Of a stretch of 64,000 nt of DNA, positions 27,145-36,963 are shown piece by piece. The translations under genes and the position numbers were made by a program. This stretch comes from a virus. The stretch is from positions 18,919 to 82,918 of IMG/VR virus record IMGVR_UViG_3300035698_013362; one strand, written 5' to 3'. Under the pieces are notes generated by a model. It ran no database searches. It saw nothing but the letters and a program-made list of their open reading frames with translations, and had not been told where the DNA came from. The stretch's first letter is position 1, and each line of letters opens with the position of its first letter.

Positions 27145-27943
27145 TTCCACCAGCTGTTTGTGTATTAGAGCCACCCGTTGTTAAGTTGTTATTCCCACCT
27201 ACGAATGTAGTGTGTTCCTGGCTCACTTGAAGGTCATCGTTCTTAAGGACGGTGACCTTTCTGTTTTTCTTAATCTTTTCAGTAGAACTACCATCACGAG
27301 TAGAGTCCTTGTCACCTTTATGTATTTCTGATGTATTACCATCTACATTAAGATAGTCATCACCCTGTACGTAAGTATGGCGATCACCAGTAATCTTCTG
27401 ATAAAGATCACCATCAATAGTAAGATTTACATGTCCTTTGATAACTACATCAAGGGCCATTTGATCAGCTTCAATTTCTATACGTGCACGTGTACCCTGA
27501 TTATTCAACTTAGTTCCTTGAGGGTTCTCAGTAGAAGTCTGCATAGATGATTCACTATTGTCCGGATTTTCGTCTATAGTGATTCTGAAGTTCTCACTAG
27601 ATAAAACATGCTGCATTTCGTGCTCGGACATCCAGGCGTCTCCTGCCTGTGCACTTGCAAAATATTTAGGATAGTTCTGATCATTACCTTCAAAGAATAC
27701 CCAAACATATGTTCCATTACCTGGAACTGAAGTCCACCCGGTCGAACTAAACTTTACACCAGAGTTTTCAGATATTCCTGCTCCACCAAATATTGGCATT
27801 ACTGGCTCTGCCCAAGGAAGTCTATCAGGCAAAGTTATAAACTCGCCATCATATACTCCTGGAATGTGAATCTTGCATCGTCCTGCATTTTCAGTGTCAA
27901 CGTTGCTAATTACAATCCCTCTATAGAATCCATTATTTACCAT
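27128..27943 (-). CDS. gp5: baseplate spike gp5 (OB fold plus beta-helix, no lysozyme)
   Basis: YRGIV...D....GRCKI.IPG, LPWA.P, P..GT.VWVFFE..D...P; C-terminal V.GD repeats. Confidence 0.9.
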   Translation of the reverse strand: MVNNGFYRGIVISNVDTENAGRCKIHIPGVYDGEFITLPDRLPWAEPVMPIFGGAGISENSGVKFSSTGWTSVPGNGTYVWVFFEGNDQNYPKYFASAQAGDAWMSEHEMQHVLSSENFRITIDENPDNSESSMQTSTENPQGTKLNNQGTRARIEIEADQMALDVVIKGHVNLTIDGDLYQKITGDRHTYVQGDDYLNVDGNTSEIHKGDKDSTRDGSSTEKIKKNRKVTVLKNDDLQVSQEHTTFVGGNNNLTTGGSNTQTAGGINDHK

Positions 27944-29124
27944 TATTTTGTAAGCTTCCCAATACGACTCATGATGATCGTTTGATCGTATTTATTTGTT
28001 CCAAAACTATATTCATCCGTAGTACGCATGTTCATCCATAAACCAGAGAAAGTTGCCTTCAAGGATGGCGAAGAGCGCATTACTATTATGTCGCCGATGT
28101 TTCTTTCAGCTGCACCTCTAATCTTAACCATGACGCCATTATACGTTCTAACAGCGTTACGTATGTTGGCAAACCAATTATGTCCTTGACCAAACTGAAC
28201 GTAATTGATATCTTCTTCAGTATTAGACGTATTATCTATAATGCTATCAAATCCTGTAACTGAAGTACCATTTGTGATGTCTGTATAAAGCATTCGTCTT
28301 GTATCGAAAACACCTTTAAGATGATCAAACTTATATTCCTTGATTCCTTTAGACAAACGATCTATTTTAGTTGCTGTAACATCATTTGTGTATTCAATTG
28401 AAGTAGGGGTATAATAATCCTCTGAACCGAATCCTTCAGATGGAACTGAAAAGATATTATACGGTTGTAGAGTTGAGTTATTGATAATGTTCGTTAATGA
28501 ATCAATCTCTAACTTATTCTCAATCTGATTGTACCAAGGGAAATAAAACCCAGACCCATTAATAGACGCTAAGTCAAGTAATCTATTGATATGTTCTTTT
28601 ACCGATGAGTTTATGTCTGTAATAAAACTAGAGGTATATGATGAGTCTTTAATAGGACGAGTAAATGGGATCTTAGCTCTTGCTAGAATATTACAAGCAG
28701 TTTCGGTCACTGAAATATTCTTTGCATTCCCTGTACTGAATTTGATAGGGTTCATCCAAGCTTTATAGTGCTCAGATACTCCTTCAATCTTATACGTATT
28801 TGATTGTCCTGAGAAGTTTATTGGGATTACACGGTTAATGTTGAAAGCATGTATCTTATTAATTGTTCTTACATCAGCGCCATATTTCTCTTGAGCAATA
28901 ATCTTAATTCCGATAGCTGAGTTATTATCTGCAGCATAAAGAGGGATTACGGTAGAGCTAGGGTCCTTGATGATAATCTCAACCCTAGGAAATGGTTCCA
29001 TCGAGTCGTTAATAACCGATAGTTTTAAGACATGATCAAGAGGGATTTCTTGAGCTATGCCACCGCGACGTATTAAAGTAATTCCAACTTGGAACTCACT
29101 ATTATTGAGAGTGCATATATCCAT
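27943..29124 (-). CDS. gp27: baseplate hub gp27-like
   Basis: Lies between gp53 and gp5; IRG...RNIGDII, FSGLW. Confidence 0.65.
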   Translation of the reverse strand: MDICTLNNSEFQVGITLIRRGGIAQEIPLDHVLKLSVINDSMEPFPRVEIIIKDPSSTVIPLYAADNNSAIGIKIIAQEKYGADVRTINKIHAFNINRVIPINFSGQSNTYKIEGVSEHYKAWMNPIKFSTGNAKNISVTETACNILARAKIPFTRPIKDSSYTSSFITDINSSVKEHINRLLDLASINGSGFYFPWYNQIENKLEIDSLTNIINNSTLQPYNIFSVPSEGFGSEDYYTPTSIEYTNDVTATKIDRLSKGIKEYKFDHLKGVFDTRRMLYTDITNGTSVTGFDSIIDNTSNTEEDINYVQFGQGHNWFANIRNAVRTYNGVMVKIRGAAERNIGDIIVMRSSPSLKATFSGLWMNMRTTDEYSFGTNKYDQTIIMSRIGKLTK

Positions 29125-29474
29125 TATTCAACAATCCTATCAAGAACAACCTGAACGATGTTCTGCTTAGGAATATTTATAACTGATTCTTCTTCAGGAA
29201 TATTAAACGGGTTAGTTATTTCGTTAGCTTTAGCAATAATCCACCAAAGCTTTGAATTACCATAATAAGCATATGCAAGCTTATACCAGCTATCTCCATC
29301 ACGCCAGAGGTGTTTAGTTACGAATTTTTCGTTTAGTTGATCAATATTACCAAATTCAATTGTTCGACCTGAGTAGAAATAGTCGTCTCCTTCATCAGTC
29401 TTATATGCATTGAACATATTGGCCATATCGGAGAACTTTAGTCCAATATTAGATTTTTTAATGTCTTGTACCAT
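29124..29474 (-). CDS. gp53: baseplate wedge gp53 (LysM-like)
   Basis: GDSWYKLAYAYYGNSKLWWIIAKANEITNPF. Confidence 0.88.
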   Translation of the reverse strand: MVQDIKKSNIGLKFSDMANMFNAYKTDEGDDYFYSGRTIEFGNIDQLNEKFVTKHLWRDGDSWYKLAYAYYGNSKLWWIIAKANEITNPFNIPEEESVINIPKQNIVQVVLDRIVE

Positions 29475-29482
29475 AATTTCCT

Positions 29483-30637
29483 TTAATTCGATTCACTAGT
29501 AATTCTAACCTTTTGATTACCCATTAAGTAATTAGCGTAAACGTTGAAACATGGAGGAGTAAGGTCACGTGCACTAATCGAAACTTTATAAGCATCAGGA
29601 TAAAGAGTATTTTCGTTTACCATTGGAACATCAGTGATTTTAGTGTACAATGGCATCTTACGAACATTACCTACGAACTCAATAGTCATATCAATAGCGA
29701 CGAATAACTGTATGAAGCGTCCTGGGCACTCAACTCTGAATACGTTTGGTGATTTAGTATATGCAAGAGAAAGGTTGCCTATAGAGGCTCCATCTGCTTT
29801 AGATTCAACATATTCTCCTACAGCATTTACAGCGTCTTCAATGTTTTCAGAGGCAGGTGAAGATCCTGTCATATGGACCCACTGTGTACTTGGGTATAAT
29901 GCATTAATAAAGGTAAAGTTCTTCTGTAAAGCTTCAAGGTCGTCATTAAGTAAAAAGAATTCAGTATCCCAACCTGGACCTTCAGAGTTATTGTTTGACC
30001 ATTGTGGTGATTTCATAATATTCATATTGAAACCATCATTCATCAATTCACCGAAACGTCCCGCTGAATCAATTGCATTACCCATTGTCCAACCATCTTT
30101 AGAGTTAGAGCTTAAGTAAGTGTTATTGTAAAAAGGGATTTCGTAAGTATTAACTACTTCACCTTCGATCAAGCCGTCAATAGCACTTATATCAAGAAGC
30201 TTATTTGATTCAGCAACAGAGGATGAATATTTGTCAGCAAGGTTATTCAAGTAAACTGATCCAGCAATCTGACTTCCTGTCTGGGCTACGGAAGTTGTTG
30301 CTCTTATAAATTTCTCTACTAGAGGTAGTTCACCTAAGGCGGTCATATCAGATAAGATTTTAGACCAATCTACTTTCTTCTTAGGTTGCTTTTCAACCAT
30401 GATTAGTTTAGGGATAGAATCATAATCAACTAATGAATCAGTTCCATTAATCTCATAGTTATCAGACCACTTATAATCTTTAAGGGTGAACGATCTTCTA
30501 TAAAGTGATCCGTTATAGGTAGTAGTTGTAATCCTTTTACCGTTTACTTTAATTGCCCCAACACTAGATACTTTAGCACCCCTAAAATTGATTGCTGCTC
30601 TTAAATCTTTCTTTGGTCCTAATTCATTATTTGCCAT
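29483..30637 (-). CDS. baseplate-tail tube junction gp48-like
   Basis: Synteny between tape measure and gp53; SPNVFRV motif. Confidence 0.5.
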   Translation of the reverse strand: MANNELGPKKDLRAAINFRGAKVSSVGAIKVNGKRITTTTYNGSLYRRSFTLKDYKWSDNYEINGTDSLVDYDSIPKLIMVEKQPKKKVDWSKILSDMTALGELPLVEKFIRATTSVAQTGSQIAGSVYLNNLADKYSSSVAESNKLLDISAIDGLIEGEVVNTYEIPFYNNTYLSSNSKDGWTMGNAIDSAGRFGELMNDGFNMNIMKSPQWSNNNSEGPGWDTEFFLLNDDLEALQKNFTFINALYPSTQWVHMTGSSPASENIEDAVNAVGEYVESKADGASIGNLSLAYTKSPNVFRVECPGRFIQLFVAIDMTIEFVGNVRKMPLYTKITDVPMVNENTLYPDAYKVSISARDLTPPCFNVYANYLMGNQKVRITSESN

Positions 30638-32435
30638 AGTTGTCCCCACCATCTAATCCACTATAATTAAAGGACTCATTATTTCTTGGAGTCATTATAA
30701 ATGTATTTAAGTCTTTTGGTTTGTTATCTTTTGTTGCAACAAGTATCTCTTGCAAGAATGGAACTAAAGCGTTATAACTATCTGTGCCGCCACCACTCAT
30801 TAATCTTTCACCTCTTGCTAACATTGCGTCAGTAGCTGCAGTTTCGAATATGTTAGGTAAAACAGAGGCATGTCGTTTCTTAACAGCCATTCTTCTTGCT
30901 GCAACTTCCTCCGCTTTTCTTTTAGCAGCTTCTCTTGAAGCTCGGGTATTCTGGATGTATTCCAGTTGATCAGCAAGCTTCTTATCCCAATACATATCTT
31001 GAATCTTGCCAATTCCATTAGCAATTTTATCAGAGATGTCAAATTTACTATCTAGATATTGTCCAATCTTATATCCGGCTACACCTGCACCTGCAATAAG
31101 GGTACCTTTAGCTAATACTTTAAGAATACCTGGGGCCGCTGTAGATACAGCATTAGCAATTCCTGTACCTACACCTGATCCCATTGCAGTACTTGCAAAA
31201 TTACTTCCCTTTCCAGATTTTACATTAGATCCCTTAGCGTGGAATAGAGAACCATCTGCTCCTCTCATTCCTCCTTCATTAAACATTTTCATAAGGATTT
31301 CATTACGATCCATGTCTAACTGGAACTGCTTATCTAATCTATTTTGTTGTTTATGCTGACTGAATTCATTACCTTTAGAATCACGTTTGATCGCATTAGC
31401 TTTCTGTTTTCCTGAACGAGCAATAGACTTAGCAATAGCTTTAGCGATTACTCCACCTGCTTCACCATCCTTGAATAAATTCTCAGGCATGATACGTTCT
31501 AATAGGTCTTCACCTTTAGAATCAAATGTAAGGCTTTTAATACCCTTATTGATCTTACCAAGCATTCGATGCTTAGCCATAGCAAATCGTAACATATAGA
31601 TTGGATCATTACCAACTGGGAATATGAATGAGTCAATAGGAACTTCAACTTTAGTTTGAAGAGGCTTCCATTTAGTAAGCTTAAATGACTTGTGAACAGG
31701 TCCAGGAGAAGGAGCTACAAAGGTGATGTTCTTAATACCTTTATTTACTTTAGTCAACATTCTGTGCTTGGCAAGATTATAACGTAAAGAGAAGAATTTA
31801 CTGTTCGTTGTTGGAAGAACAAATGAGTCAATAGGAACTTCAGCTTTAGTTTTTTCGATCTTAGTAAGTTTAAATGATTTGTGAGTTGGTGGAGTAACAA
31901 AGGTGATATTACTAATGCCCTTATTAACCTTAGACAAAAGTTTATGTTTTAGTAATCCATAACGAGCTGTATAAAATTTGCTGTTTGAAGTAGGGAACAA
32001 CATCGTTGATAATGGAAGTTCATGCATATCGGTGAACTTCATTAAACCTACACCTTGCTCAAGACGACCTAAGGCCATCTGCTTCACTTTGTTGTAACGC
32101 TTCATAAATTTAGCATTACGTGAAGTATCATCATCGAACATATCAAATAATGACACACGGTTACGACTTGCTACCATTAAGCCAACAAGTTTATTAACAC
32201 TTTCAAGGATTCGCAACTTACTTTTAGTGAATTTACGAGCAATCTTTTTATCTTCCTGTTCGGAAGTAGAAGGCATTAAAAGTTTATCTATGTCTAATTG
32301 GTACTCTACGACAGCTTTACGTGTAAGCTTTGCAACTTCACGATAAACCTTCTCGTACATTTTGCCCATTTTTTCATCGAACTCTTGCGTTGCAGGAGAA
32401 CGTGCTATTTGTCTGTTTTGAGAATCTAGAGCCAT
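30627..32435 (-). CDS. tape measure protein (gp29-like)
   Basis: Helical and basic, with G/A-rich hydrophobic segment and internal 60-65 aa repeats; downstream of the chaperone pair. Confidence 0.6.
   Translation of the reverse strand: MALDSQNRQIARSPATQEFDEKMGKMYEKVYREVAKLTRKAVVEYQLDIDKLLMPSTSEQEDKKIARKFTKSKLRILESVNKLVGLMVASRNRVSLFDMFDDDTSRNAKFMKRYNKVKQMALGRLEQGVGLMKFTDMHELPLSTMLFPTSNSKFYTARYGLLKHKLLSKVNKGISNITFVTPPTHKSFKLTKIEKTKAEVPIDSFVLPTTNSKFFSLRYNLAKHRMLTKVNKGIKNITFVAPSPGPVHKSFKLTKWKPLQTKVEVPIDSFIFPVGNDPIYMLRFAMAKHRMLGKINKGIKSLTFDSKGEDLLERIMPENLFKDGEAGGVIAKAIAKSIARSGKQKANAIKRDSKGNEFSQHKQQNRLDKQFQLDMDRNEILMKMFNEGGMRGADGSLFHAKGSNVKSGKGSNFASTAMGSGVGTGIANAVSTAAPGILKVLAKGTLIAGAGVAGYKIGQYLDSKFDISDKIANGIGKIQDMYWDKKLADQLEYIQNTRASREAAKRKAEEVAARRMAVKKRHASVLPNIFETAATDAMLARGERLMSGGGTDSYNALVPFLQEILVATKDNKPKDLNTFIMTPRNNESFNYSGLDGGDNYGK
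31480..32020 (-). repeat. three 60-65 aa coding repeats in the tape measure gene
   Basis: KH(K/R)(L/M)L.K(V/I)NKGI..(I/L)TF x3; AATGAGTCAATAGGAACTTCA at 31627 and 31822. Confidence 0.8.
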
Positions 32436-32463
32436 ATGTTTATTTATTCAAATACTGTATGAA

Positions 32464-32613
32464 TTAATCATACCATAGGCGTCTATATAGTTTCTTGACC
32501 CACCAACGGTATCTAGTAACTACCTGATTGGTTCTATCCTGCTTAACAACAAATGGATCCTCAAATCGAAGATCTAGATCACGTTTGAAGTCTTTAATGA
32601 TATTTTTATTCAT
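32464..32613 (-). CDS. hypothetical 49-aa protein
   Basis: ATG overlaps the gp51-like stop; MNKNIIKDFKRD...RRLWYD. Confidence 0.4.
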   Translation of the reverse strand: MNKNIIKDFKRDLDLRFEDPFVVKQDRTNQVVTRYRWWVKKLYRRLWYD

Positions 32614-32782
32614 CTGCAGCCTGGGCCTTTGCCTGTTTATTGATTATTGAACATTGAAGCTCAAAATCTAGGATGGATACATTACCTATATCAAATGGAT
32701 TGAATTTCATTTGCAGAGAAAAAGAGGCGATCATCTCAAGTATGTAGAAAAGTCGCCCTCGGTCTTCTTCTCTTATAACATA
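32606..32782 (-). CDS. gp51: gp51-like extension reached by -1 frameshift from gp26
   Basis: Open -1 frame after slippery T TTT TTT: YVIREEDRGRLFYILEMIASFSLQMKFNPFDIGNVSILDFELQCSII...ADE*. Confidence 0.65.
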   Translation of the reverse strand, partial: YVIREEDRGRLFYILEMIASFSLQMKFNPFDIGNVSILDFELQCSIINKQAKAQAADE

Positions 32783-33576
32783 AAAAAATCAGAGGTATCC
32801 ATGAATGTATTGATAGGCTCACCACAGTTAGGGCATGGAATATCGTAGAAGAATCTAGAGGTGATGAGGCCAATATCTTCAAAGAATGAAGCAAGTGATT
32901 CAATATTAGCAGAAATATTCTGAATGAACTCGATCTTTTCCATGAAGGCTTTATCAGCAAAGTCATCTACAAGTTCCCATTCGCCTTCTTCATTTTTGAA
33001 GGACATATCCTGGATACAGCAAATAACGTAGTCAATATATTTTTCGGCTGGAGTAACATCACGGGTCTGAGCAACACGTGAGTAATACATTTCAAGCATG
33101 ATCAAATCAAGTTGTCTTGGTAAGCCAAGTTTAACTTGCGCTGTGCCTGCTGTAGTTTCAAGCTCTTCTAATTTGAAGGTCTTATCAAATTCAGTAGCAG
33201 ATTCAATAAGTCGATCGAAGTCGACCTTCTCCTGGAATGCTTCGGTACACTTAGGACATTGGTAATTTACAATGAACTCATTGATGTAGTTCTCTTTACG
33301 TAGAGCACAACACAAAATGAAGAAATCACGAACATCGATTGATTCGAGTTCAACTGGAGAAAGAGAATTTGTTTCTACCAAGGCTATCTTGGCAAGGTCT
33401 GCTTCAGACGCAAAAACCATACGGTTATCATCAATAGCTAGCTTAGAAATAATCTTCTGATCATTTACACTAAGATGTTTGATACGTAGTTCTTTATCTA
33501 GAGAAGGTAGGTTAACAACGAAGTAGCCGGCGCCCTCTTTATTAGGGATGTTTTTTAGGATTTCAGATGTATTCAT
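32773..33576 (-). CDS. gp26: baseplate hub assembly chaperone gp26-like
   Basis: LPS....IKHLSV.DQK, D...I...LRK, CPKC and CPNC, C-terminal DFF. Confidence 0.75.
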   Translation of the reverse strand: MNTSEILKNIPNKEGAGYFVVNLPSLDKELRIKHLSVNDQKIISKLAIDDNRMVFASEADLAKIALVETNSLSPVELESIDVRDFFILCCALRKENYINEFIVNYQCPKCTEAFQEKVDFDRLIESATEFDKTFKLEELETTAGTAQVKLGLPRQLDLIMLEMYYSRVAQTRDVTPAEKYIDYVICCIQDMSFKNEEGEWELVDDFADKAFMEKIEFIQNISANIESLASFFEDIGLITSRFFYDIPCPNCGEPINTFMDTSDFFML

Positions 33577-33581
33577 ATTGT

Positions 33582-34040
33582 TTACTTGACAGGGATGGCT
33601 TTATCAATATCTAATTTAGAAAGCCCAGCTCTTTTCGCAATACGACCGATTGCTGATCCTAAAATTTTCGCAAATTTTATTGAAGTGGACTTTGTTCCCT
33701 TTGCAAGTTTCTTTGATAGTATCTTAGAACTACTTGGACCGAATTCATCTTCGATGTCCTTAGCGTCTCTAAGATTCTCATATGCATACTTTCTGATTTC
33801 TAGAGGGTTTAAAGAGCCTTGATGCTCGGCTGAACCCCATGTAAAAATAGCTGTTAAATAATGAATAAGTTTAGGCTTGTTGCCCATGATAACGTCGGCA
33901 GCACGTAATACCATTCCACTGATTACTAGAGTAGCAATAGCTGTCCCTATAATCTCGTCGAGCTGTTCAATTTCTTTTAGAATCTGTTCTTCTTTTTCAC
34001 TGATTAGGCATTCATTATATGATTCGAAAATTGCGTCCAT
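33582..34040 (-). CDS. putative head-packaged protein with hydrophobic segment
   Basis: MDAIFESY leader; LDE followed by a hydrophobic helix. Confidence 0.6.
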   Translation of the reverse strand: MDAIFESYNECLISEKEEQILKEIEQLDEIIGTAIATLVISGMVLRAADVIMGNKPKLIHYLTAIFTWGSAEHQGSLNPLEIRKYAYENLRDAKDIEDEFGPSSSKILSKKLAKGTKSTSIKFAKILGSAIGRIAKRAGLSKLDIDKAIPVK

Positions 34041-34050
34041 TGTATTATCC

Positions 34051-34890
34051 TTAAATTATGCTTTTAACTTTGTCACCGATTTGGCGTATTGGGGTAAGGT
34101 ATTTAGTATCCATTAAGCTCTTAGCACCTGAAACGAGAGGGTTCCCAAATACTTCCATTTTATTAAATTTGAAGCCAACTGATCTATTGTCCATTGCTAC
34201 TTCATGAGAAAGGTTTGGGGTATCACAGAAAACTGGATAAACCCCACTTAGTTTATATGTGTACTTAACATTGGCTTCATCTAAGAGTGCTCCTAGACCA
34301 AATAAGCCATCACTATTACTGTTCTCGTTATATACATGGATGAAGACGTTTGCACGCCTAAAAGGTACGTTCTGTCTGGAGTGTGTACTCATTACTTCTT
34401 CCATCCAAGGATGAAAATATCCTTCGATTGGAGATTCAACAGTACTAAGTAAATCTAAAGAGAATGAATCAGATTCAGGTTCGATAGTTCCCATACCTGG
34501 ACAATTCCATGTACTGAAGCTATTTGATTCAGAGCTAATTGATACACTATTACCATCTGATGTTTTTAAATTCGGAAGATTAATCCCTTTTACAAGGAAT
34601 GGAATATCCTGTACTGGGTAACGAGAGATATAGTTTTTTTCAAGACCGATTTCTTTACTTATCAAAGAGAGTCCTGTTGTAAGAGCCGATCCAGCAGTTC
34701 CTAAACCAAATAGATCGGCTTTATCAAGAGCAGCATTACCATCCTTACCAGCCTTACCAAAAAGACTATCCCCACCTAAGCTATTATTTGGGAATGAAAA
34801 TGTAATAGAGAAAAACCGACCAGTTGATAAAGTAAACTTATCATCACCTGATCCGAATTTTTGATAGAATTGTGCTAGTTTATTGCTCAT
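34051..34890 (-). CDS. tail tube initiator gp54 / gp19-fold protein
   Basis: FLVKGINLP, F..WM..V, YKLSGVYP, VGFKF tube-fold motifs. Confidence 0.7.
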   Translation of the reverse strand: MSNKLAQFYQKFGSGDDKFTLSTGRFFSITFSFPNNSLGGDSLFGKAGKDGNAALDKADLFGLGTAGSALTTGLSLISKEIGLEKNYISRYPVQDIPFLVKGINLPNLKTSDGNSVSISSESNSFSTWNCPGMGTIEPESDSFSLDLLSTVESPIEGYFHPWMEEVMSTHSRQNVPFRRANVFIHVYNENSNSDGLFGLGALLDEANVKYTYKLSGVYPVFCDTPNLSHEVAMDNRSVGFKFNKMEVFGNPLVSGAKSLMDTKYLTPIRQIGDKVKSII

Positions 34891-34899
34891 TTATGTTAT

Positions 34900-36030
34900 T
34901 TATCGCAATAACATCTCTATCTTACGCATTAACTCATAGTCTTTGATATTTGAAATTGTGTTGATTATATTTTCACGGAGCTCAGCATACTGCTCGTCCA
35001 TCATAAGAGGGATTTTAATAACTTCATCACCTTCAGTAAATGATGTCAACTTGGAATATGAAGCACAGAATTTAGATCGAGCCCTTCCTTGTTCTCTTTC
35101 AATAATTCTGAAACAGTGTTCAAGGACAAGTGATTCTTTAATAGCATTAGTTTTGTGTATACAAAGTTCGTTTTTCTTATTTATGTATGACACAACAAAT
35201 TGAACTGAATTATCAAGGTTTGTAGTGAACTCAAGCAACTCATCTTTATAAGCAAGAAGGTCTTTAATATCTTTGAAACTACAACGCTCTTTATATGTGT
35301 CACGGTCCATTCGATATAAAGTTGATAAGATCAATGCAGAGGTCTTAATCGAATTAGAGTTCCTGTACGCTTCTGAGACGGTATGCCTTGATGATGATGA
35401 TTTAACTGAGATAAGGTCATCACCGCTACCTAGGTCATATCCTGGGTATTCCATTGAATCAGAGTTTAAATTACCAGCTTCATATAGATATTCAGCTATT
35501 CTTTCAATGAATCCAGCAAACTTCTGTTTATCTGAAATAGCTTCTTTGATTTGAGCATCAAGGAACAATTTAGCTTCTGAATTGTTTGTGCCATCTTTGA
35601 CTGCTTGAATTGATTCCTTTAGTTGGTCTTGGGATATAGCCGTTTCTATCATAGTGATTGCAATGTCACTGCCTTCATTATGAAGAGCGGTAAATACACC
35701 GAGCTCTTCCTTATCAAATTGAGAAATCTTAGCGAAGGCTTCGTTTACTGATTTCTTAAACCTACGCTTCTGTTGGTGGTATGTATTAAATGGCACAGTT
35801 CCAGGCTTCACGTCTGAATAACTGATACCACCCGATGGATTTTCTTCGGTCTTGATTGAAAGCATTCTTTTCAAAACTCCTGTTAATAATTTATAGAATT
35901 CTTCAGAGCCATCTTGTACATCAGGATAATCGTCTGTGACTAATGATTTAGCCTTATTCCAAAGCCCTTCTACTTCAGCTTCGGTACGATTGGTGCGTTT
36001 AGCAAATGACTTGACTATGTTGTTTGGCAT
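34900..36030 (-). CDS. hypothetical protein with possible PD-(D/E)XK nuclease domain
   Basis: GFIE...YPGYDL......ISVKSS; late operon. Confidence 0.5.
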   Translation of the reverse strand: MPNNIVKSFAKRTNRTEAEVEGLWNKAKSLVTDDYPDVQDGSEEFYKLLTGVLKRMLSIKTEENPSGGISYSDVKPGTVPFNTYHQQKRRFKKSVNEAFAKISQFDKEELGVFTALHNEGSDIAITMIETAISQDQLKESIQAVKDGTNNSEAKLFLDAQIKEAISDKQKFAGFIERIAEYLYEAGNLNSDSMEYPGYDLGSGDDLISVKSSSSRHTVSEAYRNSNSIKTSALILSTLYRMDRDTYKERCSFKDIKDLLAYKDELLEFTTNLDNSVQFVVSYINKKNELCIHKTNAIKESLVLEHCFRIIEREQGRARSKFCASYSKLTSFTEGDEVIKIPLMMDEQYAELRENIINTISNIKDYELMRKIEMLLR

Positions 36031-36341
36031 TATTTGATTAGAATATCGTTAGCGTCGGCTACTGTGTAGATCGAGTTGATTAAATCATCGACCTTTAGTG
36101 GATCTTCTTCTTGTTTGATCTTACCTAAAATCGTAGTTAGGGAATCAATCGTTGAGTCCTTCAAATCTTCCTTCTTTATGAAGGAATTTATGCGGGAGGA
36201 GATTTGTGCTTTAGCATGGTTAAACTCAATCTTATGATCTTGATAATTTGAGAATATATCGGTTAATCTAAGAGTGAATTTTGGACCTGCTTTTTCTCTA
36301 ATTTCTTTTGTAACTTGTTCAGAAAGGTTAAATAGTCTCAT
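36030..36341 (-). CDS. hypothetical late protein
   Basis: ATAAATA 5 nt upstream of the ATG. Confidence 0.65.
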   Translation of the reverse strand: MRLFNLSEQVTKEIREKAGPKFTLRLTDIFSNYQDHKIEFNHAKAQISSRINSFIKKEDLKDSTIDSLTTILGKIKQEEDPLKVDDLINSIYTVADANDILIK

Positions 36342-36349
36342 GCAACTAT

Positions 36350-36667
36350 TTATTGCATGCCCATTGTGATATAGTTTTCAGGGCGTGAATCGCCGTATGA
36401 ATCTTTATATCCATTCAAGTATACAACAGCAACTTCGGATTTCTTCAATTTAGATTTGAACATCCATACACCTTCGATGTTAGGATCCATAGTAGGCTTT
36501 TGACCTTTGAATTCTTTATCATATATTGCTGGATCAAGCTCATCATGCATCATGGCAAGATCATGAAAGGCTTTGGCAGCGCCTTTGGCATTATCTTTAT
36601 ATTACTTTTTGGTTACATTAGCTGATTCAACTAAACATTGCTGATATGATTCGAAAATTGGGTCCAT
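36350..36667 (-). pseudogene. leader-bearing head protein gene with in-frame TAA at codon 22
   Basis: MDPIFESYQQCLVESANVTKK*YKDNAKGAAKAFHDLAMMHDEL..., same frame through to 36350. Confidence 0.75.
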
Positions 36668-36668
36668 A

Positions 36669-36962
36669 TTATCCTTTATTAATTATGTTAATTATATCAT
36701 TTTTAATTTTTATAAGTTCGTCGAATCCTTTCTTGGCATTCAGCAAGATTTTTATTGACTGTTTAAGCACAGTGTTATAGTCGTCTGCTACTTCCTCTGG
36801 AGTTTTAGGGCCAGAGCGAGATCCGATGCTGCGCTTACGGTGTTCAATAGTAGCTTCTAAGTTAAATATAACGCTTTCAAGATCTGCTAATGGATCTGTC
36901 CGTTTTTCATCTAATTTCTTAGGCTCATTTGATTTCTGGTATGATTCGTAAATTGTGTCCAT
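36669..36962 (-). CDS. putative head-packaged protein
   Basis: MDTIYESY leader, LDE site; AGGAG SD. Confidence 0.65.
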   Translation of the reverse strand: MDTIYESYQKSNEPKKLDEKRTDPLADLESVIFNLEATIEHRKRSIGSRSGPKTPEEVADDYNTVLKQSIKILLNAKKGFDELIKIKNDIINIINKG

Positions 36963-36963
36963 A

